Shown: positions 49,260 through 59,616 of the stretch, piece by piece | How positions within the stretch are numbered: the stretch's first letter is position 1 | How the letters are laid out: each line of letters opens with the position of its first letter | Made by a program: the position numbers and the translations under genes | DNA from: an uncultured Ignavibacterium sp. | GTDB taxonomy: Bacteria; Bacteroidota; Ignavibacteria; Ignavibacteriales; Ignavibacteriaceae | Reading direction: 5' to 3' | Length of the DNA: 64,000 nucleotides | Assembly: GCA_964570375.1 (NCBI GenBank) | Contig: CAZMYA010000018.1 | Span: 13,137-77,136 of the forward strand | Notes under the pieces: model-generated | Told to the model about the DNA's origin: nothing | What the model saw: only the letters and a program-made list of their open reading frames with translations | The model's database searches: none

Positions 49260-50810
49260 ATGGCAGAAGTTAGACCTGATGAAATATCTGCAATATTAAG
49301 AAAACAACTTTCTGGTTTTGAAAGTGAAACAGACATTTATGATGTTGGTACTGTGCTTCAAGTCGGTGATGGGATAGCACGTATTTATGGGCTTTCGCAA
49401 GTAATGGCAAGTGAGTTGGTTGAATTTCCTAATGATGTGTTCGGAATGGTTCTTAACCTTGAAGAAGATAATGTTGGTTGTGTTTTGTTTGGCGACTCGA
49501 CTTTAATCAAGGAAGGAGATAAAGTTAAAAGAACAAAACGTGTTACTTCTATGCCGGTCGGTGAGGCCATGCTTGGACGCGTTATTACTCCGCTTGGCGT
49601 TCCAATAGATGGAAAAGGACCAATAAACACTTCTCAATTTTTGCCGATTGAAAGAAAAGCCCTTGGCGTTATTCAAAGACAGCCGGTAAAAGAACCTTTG
49701 CAGACTGGAATTGCTGCTGTTGATGCAATGATTCCAATTGGAAGAGGACAAAGGGAGTTAATTATTGGTGATAGACAAACCGGTAAAACCGCAGTTGCTG
49801 TTGATGCAATAATAAATCAAAAATATACACATTCAGAAGAAGCAAAAGCTTTAGGAATAAAACCTGTTTATTGCATTTATGTTGCAGTTGGTCAGAAAGA
49901 ATCCACTGTTGCTCAGGTTGTTGCTAAATTAAAAGATGCCGGTGCAATGGATTATACTACAGTAATTTCAGCCGCTGCATCTGAACCCGCTCCTTTACAG
50001 TTTATCGCTCCCTACGCAGGGGCAACTCTTGGCGAATTTTTTAGAGATAATGGTAAACACGCATTATGTATATATGATGACTTATCAAAACAAGCACAGG
50101 CCTACAGAGAATTATCATTGTTGTTAAGAAGACCTCCTGGACGCGAAGCCTATCCTGGTGATGTGTTTTATCTTCATTCAAGATTACTTGAAAGAGCATC
50201 AAAGCTTAGTGATGATTTAGGAGGCGGAAGTTTAACAGCATTACCAATTATTGAAACACAACAAGGGGACGTTTCGGCTTATATCCCAACAAACGTAATA
50301 TCAATTACTGACGGACAGATTTATCTTGAGTCAAATCTTTTTAATGCCGGAGTAAGACCAGCAATTAACGTAGGTATATCAGTTTCTCGTGTTGGTGGTA
50401 ATGCACAAATTAAAGCAATGAAAAAAGTTGCGGGAAGTTTAAAACTTGATCTGGCTCAGTATCGTGAGCTTGAAGCATTTGCTAAGTTCGGTTCCGATCT
50501 TGATAAAGCAACACAAAAAACAATTGCAAAAGGTGCAAGATTAGTTGAGTTACTGAAACAAGGACAATATGCTCCTGTTCCGGTTGAGAAGCAAGTTGTT
50601 AGTATCTATTACGGTACTAAAGGTTATTTGGAGAATATACCTGTTCCTGATGTTAAAAGATTTGAAAAGGAAGTTCTTGAATTTATTGAAGTAAAGTACA
50701 AGCAAATTTTTGAAGCAATCAAAAAGGATAAAGATATTTCTAAAGAAACCGAAGAATTGTTAAAGAAAGCAGGACAAGAATTTTTAAATATCTTCAAAAA
50801 AAGTAATTAG
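49260..50810 (+). CDS. atpA: F0F1 ATP synthase subunit alpha
   Basis: Walker A 'GDRQTGKT' and '[26 protein letters not shown]'. Confidence 0.95.
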   Translation: MAEVRPDEISAILRKQLSGFESETDIYDVGTVLQVGDGIARIYGLSQVMASELVEFPNDVFGMVLNLEEDNVGCVLFGDSTLIKEGDKVKRTKRVTSMPVGEAMLGRVITPLGVPIDGKGPINTSQFLPIERKALGVIQRQPVKEPLQTGIAAVDAMIPIGRGQRELIIGDRQTGKTAVAVDAIINQKYTHSEEAKALGIKPVYCIYVAVGQKESTVAQVVAKLKDAGAMDYTTVISAAASEPAPLQFIAPYAGATLGEFFRDNGKHALCIYDDLSKQAQAYRELSLLLRRPPGREAYPGDVFYLHSRLLERASKLSDDLGGGSLTALPIIETQQGDVSAYIPTNVISITDGQIYLESNLFNAGVRPAINVGISVSRVGGNAQIKAMKKVAGSLKLDLAQYRELEAFAKFGSDLDKATQKTIAKGARLVELLKQGQYAPVPVEKQVVSIYYGTKGYLENIPVPDVKRFEKEVLEFIEVKYKQIFEAIKKDKDISKETEELLKKAGQEFLNIFKKSN

Positions 50811-50826
50811 AATTTCAATTTTATAG

Positions 50827-51705
50827 ATGGCGACATTAAGAGACATAAAGCGCAGAATTACCGGTGTTAAGAGCACTCAGCAAATAACAAAAGCCATGAA
50901 AATGGTTGCGGCTTCAAAATTAAGAAGGGCAACTGAAAATGTGCTGAATGCAAGACCTTATGCTAAAAATATTAAGGAGTTATTATCCCGATTAATTACA
51001 GAGGAAGATAAACTTACTAATCCACTTTTGATTGAAAGAAAAATTAATACTGTCGCTGTTGTAATAGTTTCCGCAGATAGAGGTTTATGCGGCGGGTTTA
51101 ACCAAAATGTGATAAAAGAAACTGCCAGATATATTGATGAGGAACTAAAGGCAAATGGAATAAATCATTTGCTGTATTGCATAGGGAAAAAAGGCGCCGA
51201 TTTTTTTACTAAAAGAGATTACAATATTGGTAATACATTCCCCGGAATCTTTTCCTCACTTAGTTATACAACTGCACAGCAAATTGTTCAGGAGTTATTA
51301 TCCAAATACTCTGATAATACTGTTGACAAAATAGTCGTGATTTTTAATGAATTTAAATCTGTTATTCAGCAAAAAGTTGTTGTTGAGCAATTTCTGCCTA
51401 TACCTGTTGATTCTGATTCGAACAGTAAAGAATTGAATGATCATAATTACATTTATGAACCTGATCAGAAATCAATTTTTAATTTTTTGATTCCAAAACA
51501 TTTAATAGGTCAAATGTGGAGAATTCTATTGGAATCAAATGCTGCTGAGTTTGCTGCAAAAATGACTGCAATGGATAATGCAACTACTAACGCTAAAGAA
51601 TTAATCAGAACACTTAACCTTACTTACAACAAGGCAAGACAAGCCGCTATTACAAAAGAGATACTGGAAATTGTATCAGGTGCAAACGCATTAAGAGAAG
51701 GTTGA
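50827..51705 (+). CDS. atpG: F0F1 ATP synthase subunit gamma
   Basis: 'MATLRDIKRRI..V..T.QITKAMKMVAASKLR' and C-terminal 'ITKEILEIVSGA'. Confidence 0.93.
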   Translation: MATLRDIKRRITGVKSTQQITKAMKMVAASKLRRATENVLNARPYAKNIKELLSRLITEEDKLTNPLLIERKINTVAVVIVSADRGLCGGFNQNVIKETARYIDEELKANGINHLLYCIGKKGADFFTKRDYNIGNTFPGIFSSLSYTTAQQIVQELLSKYSDNTVDKIVVIFNEFKSVIQQKVVVEQFLPIPVDSDSNSKELNDHNYIYEPDQKSIFNFLIPKHLIGQMWRILLESNAAEFAAKMTAMDNATTNAKELIRTLNLTYNKARQAAITKEILEIVSGANALREG

Positions 51706-51736
51706 TTTGAATCAGAAGCATTTATGATGTGAATTT

Positions 51737-53059
51737 ATGTTTGAAGAATTATCTCGAAAATTAGACACTGCACTCAAAAAAGTTACCGGTCAAGGTCGCT
51801 TAAGTGAAAATAATATCTCTGATACTCTCAGAGAGATTAGAAGAATTCTACTTGATGCAGATGTTAATTATAAAGTCGCAAAAGATTTTATTGATAACGT
51901 AAAAGTAAAAGCTCTCGGTAAAGAAGTAGTTGCTTCTATTTCTCCGGGTCAATTAATTACAAAGATAATTTTTGATGAATTAACTTCTTTACTTGGTGGG
52001 GGATCCAGGGAATTACAATTAAATGCATCCGGTAGTACCAATATCTTGATTGTCGGTTTACAAGGTTCAGGTAAAACAACTTTTTGTGCAAAACTTGCAA
52101 AAAAACTGAAAGATCAAAAAAGAAAAGTTCTTTTGGTTGCTGCTGATATCTATAGACCTGCTGCAATAGAACAATTAAAACTACTTGGAAAACAGATAGA
52201 TATTGAAGTTTTTTCGCTGGAAGAAAAAGATGCACGAAAAGTTGCAACTGATGCTTTATTATATGCCAAGGAAAAAAACTTTAACACGGTAATCTTCGAT
52301 ACTGCGGGTCGTTTGCATGTTGATGAAGAGATGATGAAAGAAGTTTCTGATTTAAAAGTGATCGTAAAACCCACAGAAACTCTCTTTGTTGTAGATTCGA
52401 TGACCGGGCAGGATGCTGTTAACTCAGCTAAAGCTTTCAACGAATCTGTTAATTTTGATGGAATTGTACTTACTAAATTGGATGGCGATGCCCGTGGAGG
52501 TGCCGCATTATCCATAAGATCAGTTGTTGGAAAACCCATTAAATTTATAAGTAATGGTGAAAAATTAGAAAATTTAGAGGTTTTTTATCCTGATAGACTT
52601 GCTTCAAGAATTCTGGGCAAAGGAGATGTGGTTTCATTAGTTGAAAAAGCTCAGGCAACTTTTGATGAGTTTGAAGCAGAAAAACTGGAAGAAAAGCTTA
52701 AAAAAAATAAATTTGATTTTGATGATTTTCTTAAGCAAATTAAAATTATTAAGAAAATGGGTTCTTTATCGTCTTTGCTGGGAATGATCCCTGGTGTAAA
52801 TTTACAACTTAAAAATTCGCAAATTGATGATAAAGCTTTAGTAAAGGTTGAGGCGATAATTAACTCCATGACAAAAGAGGAGAGAAGCATCCCTAAAATT
52901 TTAAATGGAAGTCGCCGTAAAAGAATTGCACGTGGAAGCGGAACTTCAATTCAGGATGTTAACCGTTTACTTAAACAATTTACTGAAATGCAGAAAATGA
53001 TGAGCACTATTTCAAAAAAAGGTGCTCTTGGTTCTATGAGAAATTTTAAATTTAATTGA
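51737..53059 (+). CDS. ffh: signal recognition particle protein
   Basis: NG domain 'GLQGSGKTT', 'DTAGR', 'TKLDGDARGG', and a Met-rich M domain. Confidence 0.95.
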   Translation: MFEELSRKLDTALKKVTGQGRLSENNISDTLREIRRILLDADVNYKVAKDFIDNVKVKALGKEVVASISPGQLITKIIFDELTSLLGGGSRELQLNASGSTNILIVGLQGSGKTTFCAKLAKKLKDQKRKVLLVAADIYRPAAIEQLKLLGKQIDIEVFSLEEKDARKVATDALLYAKEKNFNTVIFDTAGRLHVDEEMMKEVSDLKVIVKPTETLFVVDSMTGQDAVNSAKAFNESVNFDGIVLTKLDGDARGGAALSIRSVVGKPIKFISNGEKLENLEVFYPDRLASRILGKGDVVSLVEKAQATFDEFEAEKLEEKLKKNKFDFDDFLKQIKIIKKMGSLSSLLGMIPGVNLQLKNSQIDDKALVKVEAIINSMTKEERSIPKILNGSRRKRIARGSGTSIQDVNRLLKQFTEMQKMMSTISKKGALGSMRNFKFN

Positions 53060-53088
53060 TAACAATGAAATCATTCGGAGGATAAAAC

Positions 53089-53502
53089 TTGGCTGTTAAG
53101 TTAAGATTAAGAAGAATGGGTAAAAAGAAACAACCCATTTACAAAATAGTTGCAGCGGATTCCCGTTCACCTAGAGATGGAAAATTTATTGAAGCTCTTG
53201 GTGTTTATAATCCATTGACAAAGCCGCATTCAATTGATTTAAAGGAAGAAAGAATAAACTATTGGCTGGATAACGGTGCACAACCAACTAATACTGTTAA
53301 AAGTCTTTTAAATCAAAAAGGAATTACTTTAAAGAGAGACTTAGTTAAACGCAAATTGCCTCAGGAAAAGATTGAAGCTGAATTAAGCACCTGGCAAAAT
53401 AATCGTGAAGCAGCTCTTAAGAAGAAATCTGAAAAGAAAAAAGTTTCTGCTAAACAAAAAGCAAAAGCACAACAAAGTACTGAAGAAGCTCCTGCAAACT
53501 AA
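53089..53502 (+). CDS. rpsP: 30S ribosomal protein S16 with Lys/Ala-rich C-terminal extension
   Basis: TTG start with GGAGG 7 nt upstream. N-terminus is 'MAVKLRLRRMGKKKQPIYKIV'. Confidence 0.92.
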   Translation: MAVKLRLRRMGKKKQPIYKIVAADSRSPRDGKFIEALGVYNPLTKPHSIDLKEERINYWLDNGAQPTNTVKSLLNQKGITLKRDLVKRKLPQEKIEAELSTWQNNREAALKKKSEKKKVSAKQKAKAQQSTEEAPAN

Positions 53503-53642
53503 ATTTGAACTTTAGTTAAGGTACACTTTAGCAGTTTTTGTTTTGATTCTTTCTTTAAATTTGATGATTGATATTTTAGGATATCAGATTTTATATACTT
53601 AACTATTCATTCAACCGGATACGGATAAAGGAGGCTTTAGGA

Positions 53643-53876
53643 ATGAAGGAATTTGTAGAATATATCTCAAAATATTTAGTTGATCACCCGGATAGTGTTG
53701 CTGTAACTGAAAGTATAAATGAAGAGAAAAAATATGTTCTCTCATTACGTGTTCATGCTGAAGATATTGGTAAAGTAATTGGTAAACAGGGAAAAACAGC
53801 CCAGGCAATGCGGACTTTGTTAACTGCTGTTGCCGCAAAAGAAGGCAAGAGAGCGATCTTAGAGATTGAAGACTAA
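53643..53876 (+). CDS. KH domain RNA-binding protein (YlqC/UPF0109)
   Basis: 77 aa with '[20 protein letters not shown]' GxxG KH motif, in the conserved position between rpsP and rimM. Confidence 0.88.
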   Translation: MKEFVEYISKYLVDHPDSVAVTESINEEKKYVLSLRVHAEDIGKVIGKQGKTAQAMRTLLTAVAAKEGKRAILEIED

Positions 53877-53892
53877 TTTACTAGATTTTTAA

Positions 53893-54405
53893 TTGAATGA
53901 ATTTTATTTAATTGCTCAGATTATTTCTTCCGGTAAAGATGGTTTTGTGAAAATTCAATCTTCATCGGATGTAGAAAAAATCATAAAAAAAAATAGTTCT
54001 GTATTTGTTGATTTTTGGGGTAAGAAAAAAAAGTTTATTGTTGAAGATTTAATCAAAATCAGGAATTCTATTTTTATTAAATTTTTAAACTTCAACGATG
54101 AAAGGGAGTTGCAGGTTTTAATTGGCAGAAAAATTTTTGTTGATTCAAATAATTTAACCGTCGCTGAAAATCTGAACATTATTTCTGAATATTTTGTTGG
54201 TGCAAAAGTTTTTCAAGATGGAAATATACTTGGAACGATAAAAGATATTTTTAGCACACCTGCAAATGAGGTCGCTGAAATAGAAAAATCAGATGGGGAA
54301 ATTATTTTGCTGCCGTTTTTAGAAATTTATTTTGAATCTTTGGATTATGAAAATAAGAAGATAATTCTTAAACCTGATGTGGGCTTTTATGATAATGAGG
54401 ATTGA
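53893..54405 (+). CDS. rimM: 16S rRNA processing protein RimM
   Basis: 170 aa with a PRC-barrel C-terminus ('NEVAEIEKSDGEIILLPF'), in operon context. TTG start. Confidence 0.85.
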   Translation: MNEFYLIAQIISSGKDGFVKIQSSSDVEKIIKKNSSVFVDFWGKKKKFIVEDLIKIRNSIFIKFLNFNDERELQVLIGRKIFVDSNNLTVAENLNIISEYFVGAKVFQDGNILGTIKDIFSTPANEVAEIEKSDGEIILLPFLEIYFESLDYENKKIILKPDVGFYDNED

Positions 54406-55081
54406 TATTATTTCAGCTGTTCCTGATTTATTGGTTAGTCCATTAAATACAAGCATCTTAAAAAGAGCACAGGATAAAAAAAAACTAAAAGTTCAGATTC
54501 ATAATTTGCGTGATTATGCTTTTAACAAGCATAAACAAATTGATGATAAACCATTCGGCGGCGGACCGGGAATGGTTTTAAAACCTGAACCGTTTTTTGA
54601 ATGTATTGAAAAACTGCAGAGTAAAAGGAAATATGATCATTTAATTTTCACCACTCCTAAAGGTAAAGTTTTTGATCAGAAGTATGCTAACAGACTGTCA
54701 CTTGCAAAAAATATTTTAATTATTGCAGGACATTATAAAGAAGTTGATGACAGAGTGCGTGAACATTTTGCAACAGATGAAATTTCAATAGGAAATTTTG
54801 TTTTAACCGGTGGCGAACTTCCTGCACTTATTATTGTTGATGCAATTGCAAGATTAATACCTGGAGTATTAAATGACAGTGAAGCGGCCTTAGATGATTC
54901 ATTTCAGGATGGGCAGGTTATTGAAGCACCATATTTTACACGGCCTGCAGAATACAAAGGAATGAAAGTGCCTGAAGTTTTACTTTCAGGAAATGATAAA
55001 GAAATTAAAAAGTGGAAACAGGAACAATCTAAAATCTTGACTGAAAAGTGGAGAAATTATAATAAAATTAGCGGAGAATAA
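54395..55081 (+). CDS. trmD: tRNA (guanine37-N1)-methyltransferase
   Basis: '[10 protein letters not shown]' N-terminus, '[14 protein letters not shown]' and '[14 protein letters not shown]'. The ORF is open from 54377, but 54395 gives the conserved N-terminus. Confidence 0.9.
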   Translation: MRIDIISAVPDLLVSPLNTSILKRAQDKKKLKVQIHNLRDYAFNKHKQIDDKPFGGGPGMVLKPEPFFECIEKLQSKRKYDHLIFTTPKGKVFDQKYANRLSLAKNILIIAGHYKEVDDRVREHFATDEISIGNFVLTGGELPALIIVDAIARLIPGVLNDSEAALDDSFQDGQVIEAPYFTRPAEYKGMKVPEVLLSGNDKEIKKWKQEQSKILTEKWRNYNKISGE

Positions 55082-55082
55082 A

Positions 55083-55427
55083 ATGATTGATTTAACAAAA
55101 ATAACACCGGATCAGGTAAAAACTGATATGCCTGCATTTAATCCAGGTGATCATATAAGAGTTCAAGTAAGAGTAATCGAAGGCGATAAGGAAAGATTAC
55201 AATCATTTGAAGGAGATGTTATTAGTGTTCGTGGTTCAGGAATGAACAAAACATTTACAGTCAGAAAAATTTCAAGTGGTGTTGGTGTGGAAAGAATTTT
55301 TCCGTTCAACTCGCCTAAAATTGCCAAAGTGGAAGTTCTTAAGGAAGGTAATGTTAGAAAAGCTAAACTGTTTTATCTCAGAAATCTTTCCGGTAAAGCA
55401 GCCCGAATTAAGAGTAAAAAGGTTTAA
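55083..55427 (+). CDS. rplS: 50S ribosomal protein L19
   Basis: 114 aa with '[32 protein letters not shown]'. Confidence 0.95.
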   Translation: MIDLTKITPDQVKTDMPAFNPGDHIRVQVRVIEGDKERLQSFEGDVISVRGSGMNKTFTVRKISSGVGVERIFPFNSPKIAKVEVLKEGNVRKAKLFYLRNLSGKAARIKSKKV

Positions 55428-55441
55428 TCTAAAATTTGTTT

Positions 55442-55468
55442 AAGCCGCCTAATTAAGCGGCTTTTTTT
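55442..55468 (+). terminator. intrinsic terminator after rplS
   Basis: AAGCCGC-CTAATTAA-GCGGCTT followed by a T7 run. Confidence 0.85.
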
Positions 55469-55474
55469 ATTTAT

Positions 55475-56236
55475 ATGAAAACAAAAATCTTACTGCCGGA
55501 AAATATTTTTACAAAAATCTTTTTATCGGAACTGCAGCAGATTAAAGATTATCAGATTGAATGGCATCCCTCTTCTCTAATTGCATCAAAATTAAGTAAA
55601 GATGATGATTCGATAGGATTAATTCCTTCAATGGATTTACTGGCATTCAAAGATTTATATGTTTCTTCAAAAATTGGAATTTCTTTTAATGCTTTACTTT
55701 CCAATTCTTATATTCACTTTAAAGATGGTCAGGAAACAATTGAGGAGATATTCCTGAGCGGTGATGTTTCTTCAAATGAAATTATTTTAAGTAAAATATT
55801 GTTCAAAGAATTTTATGATATTGATGTTGAAACTACTTTGATTAAAGATGTCAAAAGCCATCAACTTGATAATCAATTAATTGTGGGCGATGAGAATTAT
55901 GAGAAAGAATTATTCCTAAATGGATTAAGCTTTGCTGAAGAAATGATTGAGTTGATCAGTGCGCCCTATGTTAATTTTGTCCTTGCTGGCAGCTCAGATG
56001 ATCTATTGAAAAAGTTTGTTGACAATCACTTAGGTGATTTTCAAAAAGGGCATTCAGAACATTTTAATGAATATTTCAAATACCTGCCATCAACCTCTTT
56101 GGATTTTATTTCCGTTAACATTCAGCACATTGTTTTTGATTTCGAGGATCAGGACCTTGAGGGTATTAAATCTTTATTGCAAATGCCATATTATCATGGC
56201 ATTGTTAAAGATATTATTGATATAAAATTTGTTTAA
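55475..56236 (+). CDS. MqnA/MqnD-like (DUF178, periplasmic-binding-protein-like fold) protein
   Basis: 253 aa. 'IGLIPSMDLL', 'IVGDENYEKE' and 'APYVNFVLAG' are colinear with futalosine-pathway MqnA motifs as I remember them. The match is weak. Confidence 0.45.
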   Translation: MKTKILLPENIFTKIFLSELQQIKDYQIEWHPSSLIASKLSKDDDSIGLIPSMDLLAFKDLYVSSKIGISFNALLSNSYIHFKDGQETIEEIFLSGDVSSNEIILSKILFKEFYDIDVETTLIKDVKSHQLDNQLIVGDENYEKELFLNGLSFAEEMIELISAPYVNFVLAGSSDDLLKKFVDNHLGDFQKGHSEHFNEYFKYLPSTSLDFISVNIQHIVFDFEDQDLEGIKSLLQMPYYHGIVKDIIDIKFV

Positions 56237-56294
56237 GCAGTTTTTATCAAAAAGAAATTTCGTAATTAGTAAAAATCTTCAATCGGTTATTGAA

Positions 56295-56323
56295 GAGCAG
56301 TCATAATTTAATTATGACTGCTC
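56295..56323. terminator. perfect 13-bp hairpin between convergent genes (bidirectional terminator candidate)
   Basis: GAGCAGTCATAAT-TTA-ATTATGACTGCTC, flanked by A/T-rich sequence on both sides. Confidence 0.65.
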
Positions 56324-56333
56324 AAATAAATAT

Positions 56334-57524
56334 TTAAATTTCAACGTGACTTACACTAAGAACGTCAGCATTTTCATTAATCTGTTTTAGCATTTCAGCT
56401 GTTGCAGGATGTTTTAATTTCATTGTACAGCATGCAACAATTCCACCTTCAAAAATGATGTTCTCAATCTCTTCAATATTTATATCTCCGCTTCTAATAA
56501 CATCAAGTACACTCGCAAGAACACCCGGTTTGTCATAATGTTTTACAACAAGCTGGAAGTGTGCATCGCTGACTTTAGCTCTGTTTACCCAATGATCAAT
56601 TACGCCGCTGCAAATAAACTTCTTAATAATCTTTACTGTTTCTTCGGCAACTGCATCCTGTGCCTGCTCAGTTGAAGCACCGATATGATGAGTTACATAA
56701 ACATTTGGATTATTTTGCAGTTTTGATGAAACTTCACCGGATTTAGCTTCGGGCTCGCCTTTAAATACATCGCAGGCATAACGAATATTTTTTTCTTTAA
56801 TTGCTTCCAAAAGATCATCTTCAACAACTATATCCTGTCTTGATGTATTGATCAAATATGCGCCATCTTTCATATAACTAAACATCTGCTTATTGAATAA
56901 TCCTTTTGTTTGCGGAGTAGCCGGTAAATGAATAGTAACAATATCGCAAAGTGGTAGTAACTGATCCATTTCACTAAAATCTTTTATCTGAACTCCTTCA
57001 ATACGTGTAATGTCTTTTCCATAAACATTCATTTCAAAAGCAAGTGCTCTTTTGGCAACTTCTTTCCCGATATTTCCTACACCGATTAGTCCAAGAGTTT
57101 TGCCTTTCAGTCCTTTTCCTTTGGAATATTTATCTTTATTCCAGATTCCTTTATTAAAATCAGCAACGTTATCCGGAATTGAACGATCGAGTGAGATCAT
57201 TAAACCCATTGCTAATTCAGCAACCGCAACTGCATTCATTCCTGGACAGTTTGTTACATAAATACCTTTTTTATTTGCAGCAGGGATATTGATATTATTA
57301 ACACCTGAACCTGCCCGAATGATTAAATTTAACTTTTTGCTTTTGTTTATTGTATCTTCATTTACAACTGTTGAGCGAACAACTAAAATATCTACATCTG
57401 CTGCTGCTTCTGGAAGATCTTTTTCACCGAGTTTAGGACTGTATATTACTTCAAGATCAAGATCTTTCATTTGCTGGATATATTTATCCGGAAATTTATC
57501 TGCTACTAAAACTTTGAGTTTCAT
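56334..57524 (-). CDS. D-isomer-specific 2-hydroxyacid dehydrogenase with C-terminal ACT domain (short phosphoglycerate-dehydrogenase-like paralog)
   Basis: 396 aa with 'GLIGVGNIGKEVAKRA', 'THHIGAST' and an ACT-like tail ('KHYDKPGVLASVLDVIRSGDINI'). Confidence 0.8.
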   Translation of the reverse strand: MKLKVLVADKFPDKYIQQMKDLDLEVIYSPKLGEKDLPEAAADVDILVVRSTVVNEDTINKSKKLNLIIRAGSGVNNINIPAANKKGIYVTNCPGMNAVAVAELAMGLMISLDRSIPDNVADFNKGIWNKDKYSKGKGLKGKTLGLIGVGNIGKEVAKRALAFEMNVYGKDITRIEGVQIKDFSEMDQLLPLCDIVTIHLPATPQTKGLFNKQMFSYMKDGAYLINTSRQDIVVEDDLLEAIKEKNIRYACDVFKGEPEAKSGEVSSKLQNNPNVYVTHHIGASTEQAQDAVAEETVKIIKKFICSGVIDHWVNRAKVSDAHFQLVVKHYDKPGVLASVLDVIRSGDINIEEIENIIFEGGIVACCTMKLKHPATAEMLKQINENADVLSVSHVEI

Positions 57525-57613
57525 AAAAACCTCTTTATTTATTATTTCTAATTATTCGTTCTAAGTATCAATTAATTAATTTGAACCAACACCAGGAAAT
57601 TTCGATCTTAAAA

Positions 57614-59272
57614 TTATTTCAACATAGGAATTTTAATGTTCCACTTTTTTGCATTATCAATTGCCTGTTTATAACCGGCATCAGCGTGGCGAACAATTCC
57701 CATTCCCGGATCATAAGTTAAAACCCTTTGTAATCTTTCTTCGGCTTCTTTTGATCCATCCGCGACAACAACCATTCCTGCATGAATTGATTTACCAATT
57801 CCTACACCACCTCCGTGATGAACAGACACCCAGCTTGCGCCGCCAATAGCATTTAATAAGGCATTTAGAATTGGCCAGTCAGCAATTGCATCACTGCCGT
57901 CAATCATTGCTTCGGTTTCTCTATTCGGAGAGGCAACAGAACCGCAGTCAAGATGATCTCTTCCAATAACAATCGGAGCTTTTACTTTTCCCTCAGCAAC
58001 AAGCTTATTAAATATTTTTCCAATTTTAGCTCTCTCACCGTATCCAAGCCAGCAAATACGCGCCGGTAATCCCTGAAAGTGAACTTTCTTTTGTGCCATA
58101 TCTATCCAGTTGATTAGCAATTTATTTTCCGGAAAAGTTTCTCTTATTGCCTGATCCGTTGCATAAATATCATTTGGATCACCGCTAAGTGCTGCCCATC
58201 TGAATGGTCCTTTTCCATCACAGAAAAGGGGACGAATAAATTCAGGTACAAATCCAGGAATATTAAAAGCATTGGAAACACCATTTTCTTTTGCTTCCCC
58301 CCGGATATTATTTCCATAATCAAAAACAATTGATCCTCGCTTCTGAAATTCTAACATTGCTTCAACATGTTTAACAACGGTTTTGCGGGCTAAAGAGATA
58401 TATTTTTCTGGATCTGATTTTCTCAGATCAACAGCTTCCTCAAAACTCATTCCCATTGGTACATATCCATTAAGCATATCGTGTGCGGAAGTTTGATCAG
58501 TAACAACATCGGGAATAATTCCACGTTTTAAAATTTCCTGATGTACCTCACCAGCATTTCCTACTAATCCAACTGAAACAGCTTTTCCGGTAGATTTTGC
58601 ACCTTGTACTATCTTTAATGCTTCATCCAGATTATCTGTTATGATATCAATATATCCCGTATCAATTCTCTTTTGAATTCTTGCACGATCAACCTCAACT
58701 CCTAAAAAAGCGGCACCGTTAAAAGTAGCAGCAAGTGGTTGAGCTCCGCCCATTCCACCAAGTCCTGCAGTTAAAACAAATTTACCATTAAGTGAACCGT
58801 CGAAATATTTTCTGGCTGCTTCTGCGAATGTTTCGTAAGTTCCCTGCAAGATTCCCTGTGTACCAATGTAGATCCAGCTTCCTGCGGTCATTTGGCCGTA
58901 CATTGTTAAGCCTAATTGTTCAAGCCGGCGAAATTCATCCCAAGTTGCCCAATCTGGAACAAGCATTGAATTTGAAATTATCACTCTTGGAGCATTTAAA
59001 TGTGTTTTAAATATTCCAACAGGTTTACCGGATTGAATTAAGAGAGTTTCATCATTCTCTAAATTTTTTAAAGATTCAATAATTGCTTCGTATGCTTTCC
59101 AGTTTCGTGCGGCTTTGCCTCTGCCGCCGTACACGATTAGCTCAGCGGGATTTTCAGCAACATCAGGATGCAGGTTATTCATAAGCATTCTCATTGCGGC
59201 TTCCTGAATCCATCCCTTACAATTTAGTTTTGTGCCTGTTGGAGCAATAATTTCTTTATGATTTGTTAACAT
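57614..59272 (-). CDS. hutU: urocanate hydratase
   Basis: 552 aa with '[14 protein letters not shown]', '[11 protein letters not shown]' and full-length colinearity with HutU. Confidence 0.92.
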   Translation of the reverse strand: MLTNHKEIIAPTGTKLNCKGWIQEAAMRMLMNNLHPDVAENPAELIVYGGRGKAARNWKAYEAIIESLKNLENDETLLIQSGKPVGIFKTHLNAPRVIISNSMLVPDWATWDEFRRLEQLGLTMYGQMTAGSWIYIGTQGILQGTYETFAEAARKYFDGSLNGKFVLTAGLGGMGGAQPLAATFNGAAFLGVEVDRARIQKRIDTGYIDIITDNLDEALKIVQGAKSTGKAVSVGLVGNAGEVHQEILKRGIIPDVVTDQTSAHDMLNGYVPMGMSFEEAVDLRKSDPEKYISLARKTVVKHVEAMLEFQKRGSIVFDYGNNIRGEAKENGVSNAFNIPGFVPEFIRPLFCDGKGPFRWAALSGDPNDIYATDQAIRETFPENKLLINWIDMAQKKVHFQGLPARICWLGYGERAKIGKIFNKLVAEGKVKAPIVIGRDHLDCGSVASPNRETEAMIDGSDAIADWPILNALLNAIGGASWVSVHHGGGVGIGKSIHAGMVVVADGSKEAEERLQRVLTYDPGMGIVRHADAGYKQAIDNAKKWNIKIPMLK

Positions 59273-59274
59273 TT

Positions 59275-59616
59275 TTAATCCTTAAAATGCTTTTCCAATA
59301 AATTATCATATTGTTTATAAAGTGATTTGTACAACCACTTTTTAAAGAACCAGCTTTTTTTCATTTCCTTTTTCATAAAATCAGAATTTTGTTTTAACTG
59401 ATGAGTAAGTCTTGTTTTTTCATCTTTCGTTAGTTTTATTACTTCTTCATTCTGATTCAGTTTGTTTATAATCGAGTTAAATGCTTTTTCTTCAGCAAAA
59501 AATTTGCTACCACCGGACATTTGTCTGATAGCCTGTTTACAAAAATTGATTAATAATTTTTTTTCGTTTTTATCGAATTCAAAATTATAATTAGCGAAAA
59601 GTTTTTTCATCCTCAC
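59275..59616 (-). CDS. hypothetical Lys-rich small protein
   Basis: The ORF lies between add and hutU on the same strand. The likely start is ATG 59610, preceded by AAAGGTGAGG. No family recognised. Confidence 0.5.
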   Translation of the reverse strand: MRMKKLFANYNFEFDKNEKKLLINFCKQAIRQMSGGSKFFAEEKAFNSIINKLNQNEEVIKLTKDEKTRLTHQLKQNSDFMKKEMKKSWFFKKWLYKSLYKQYDNLLEKHFKD

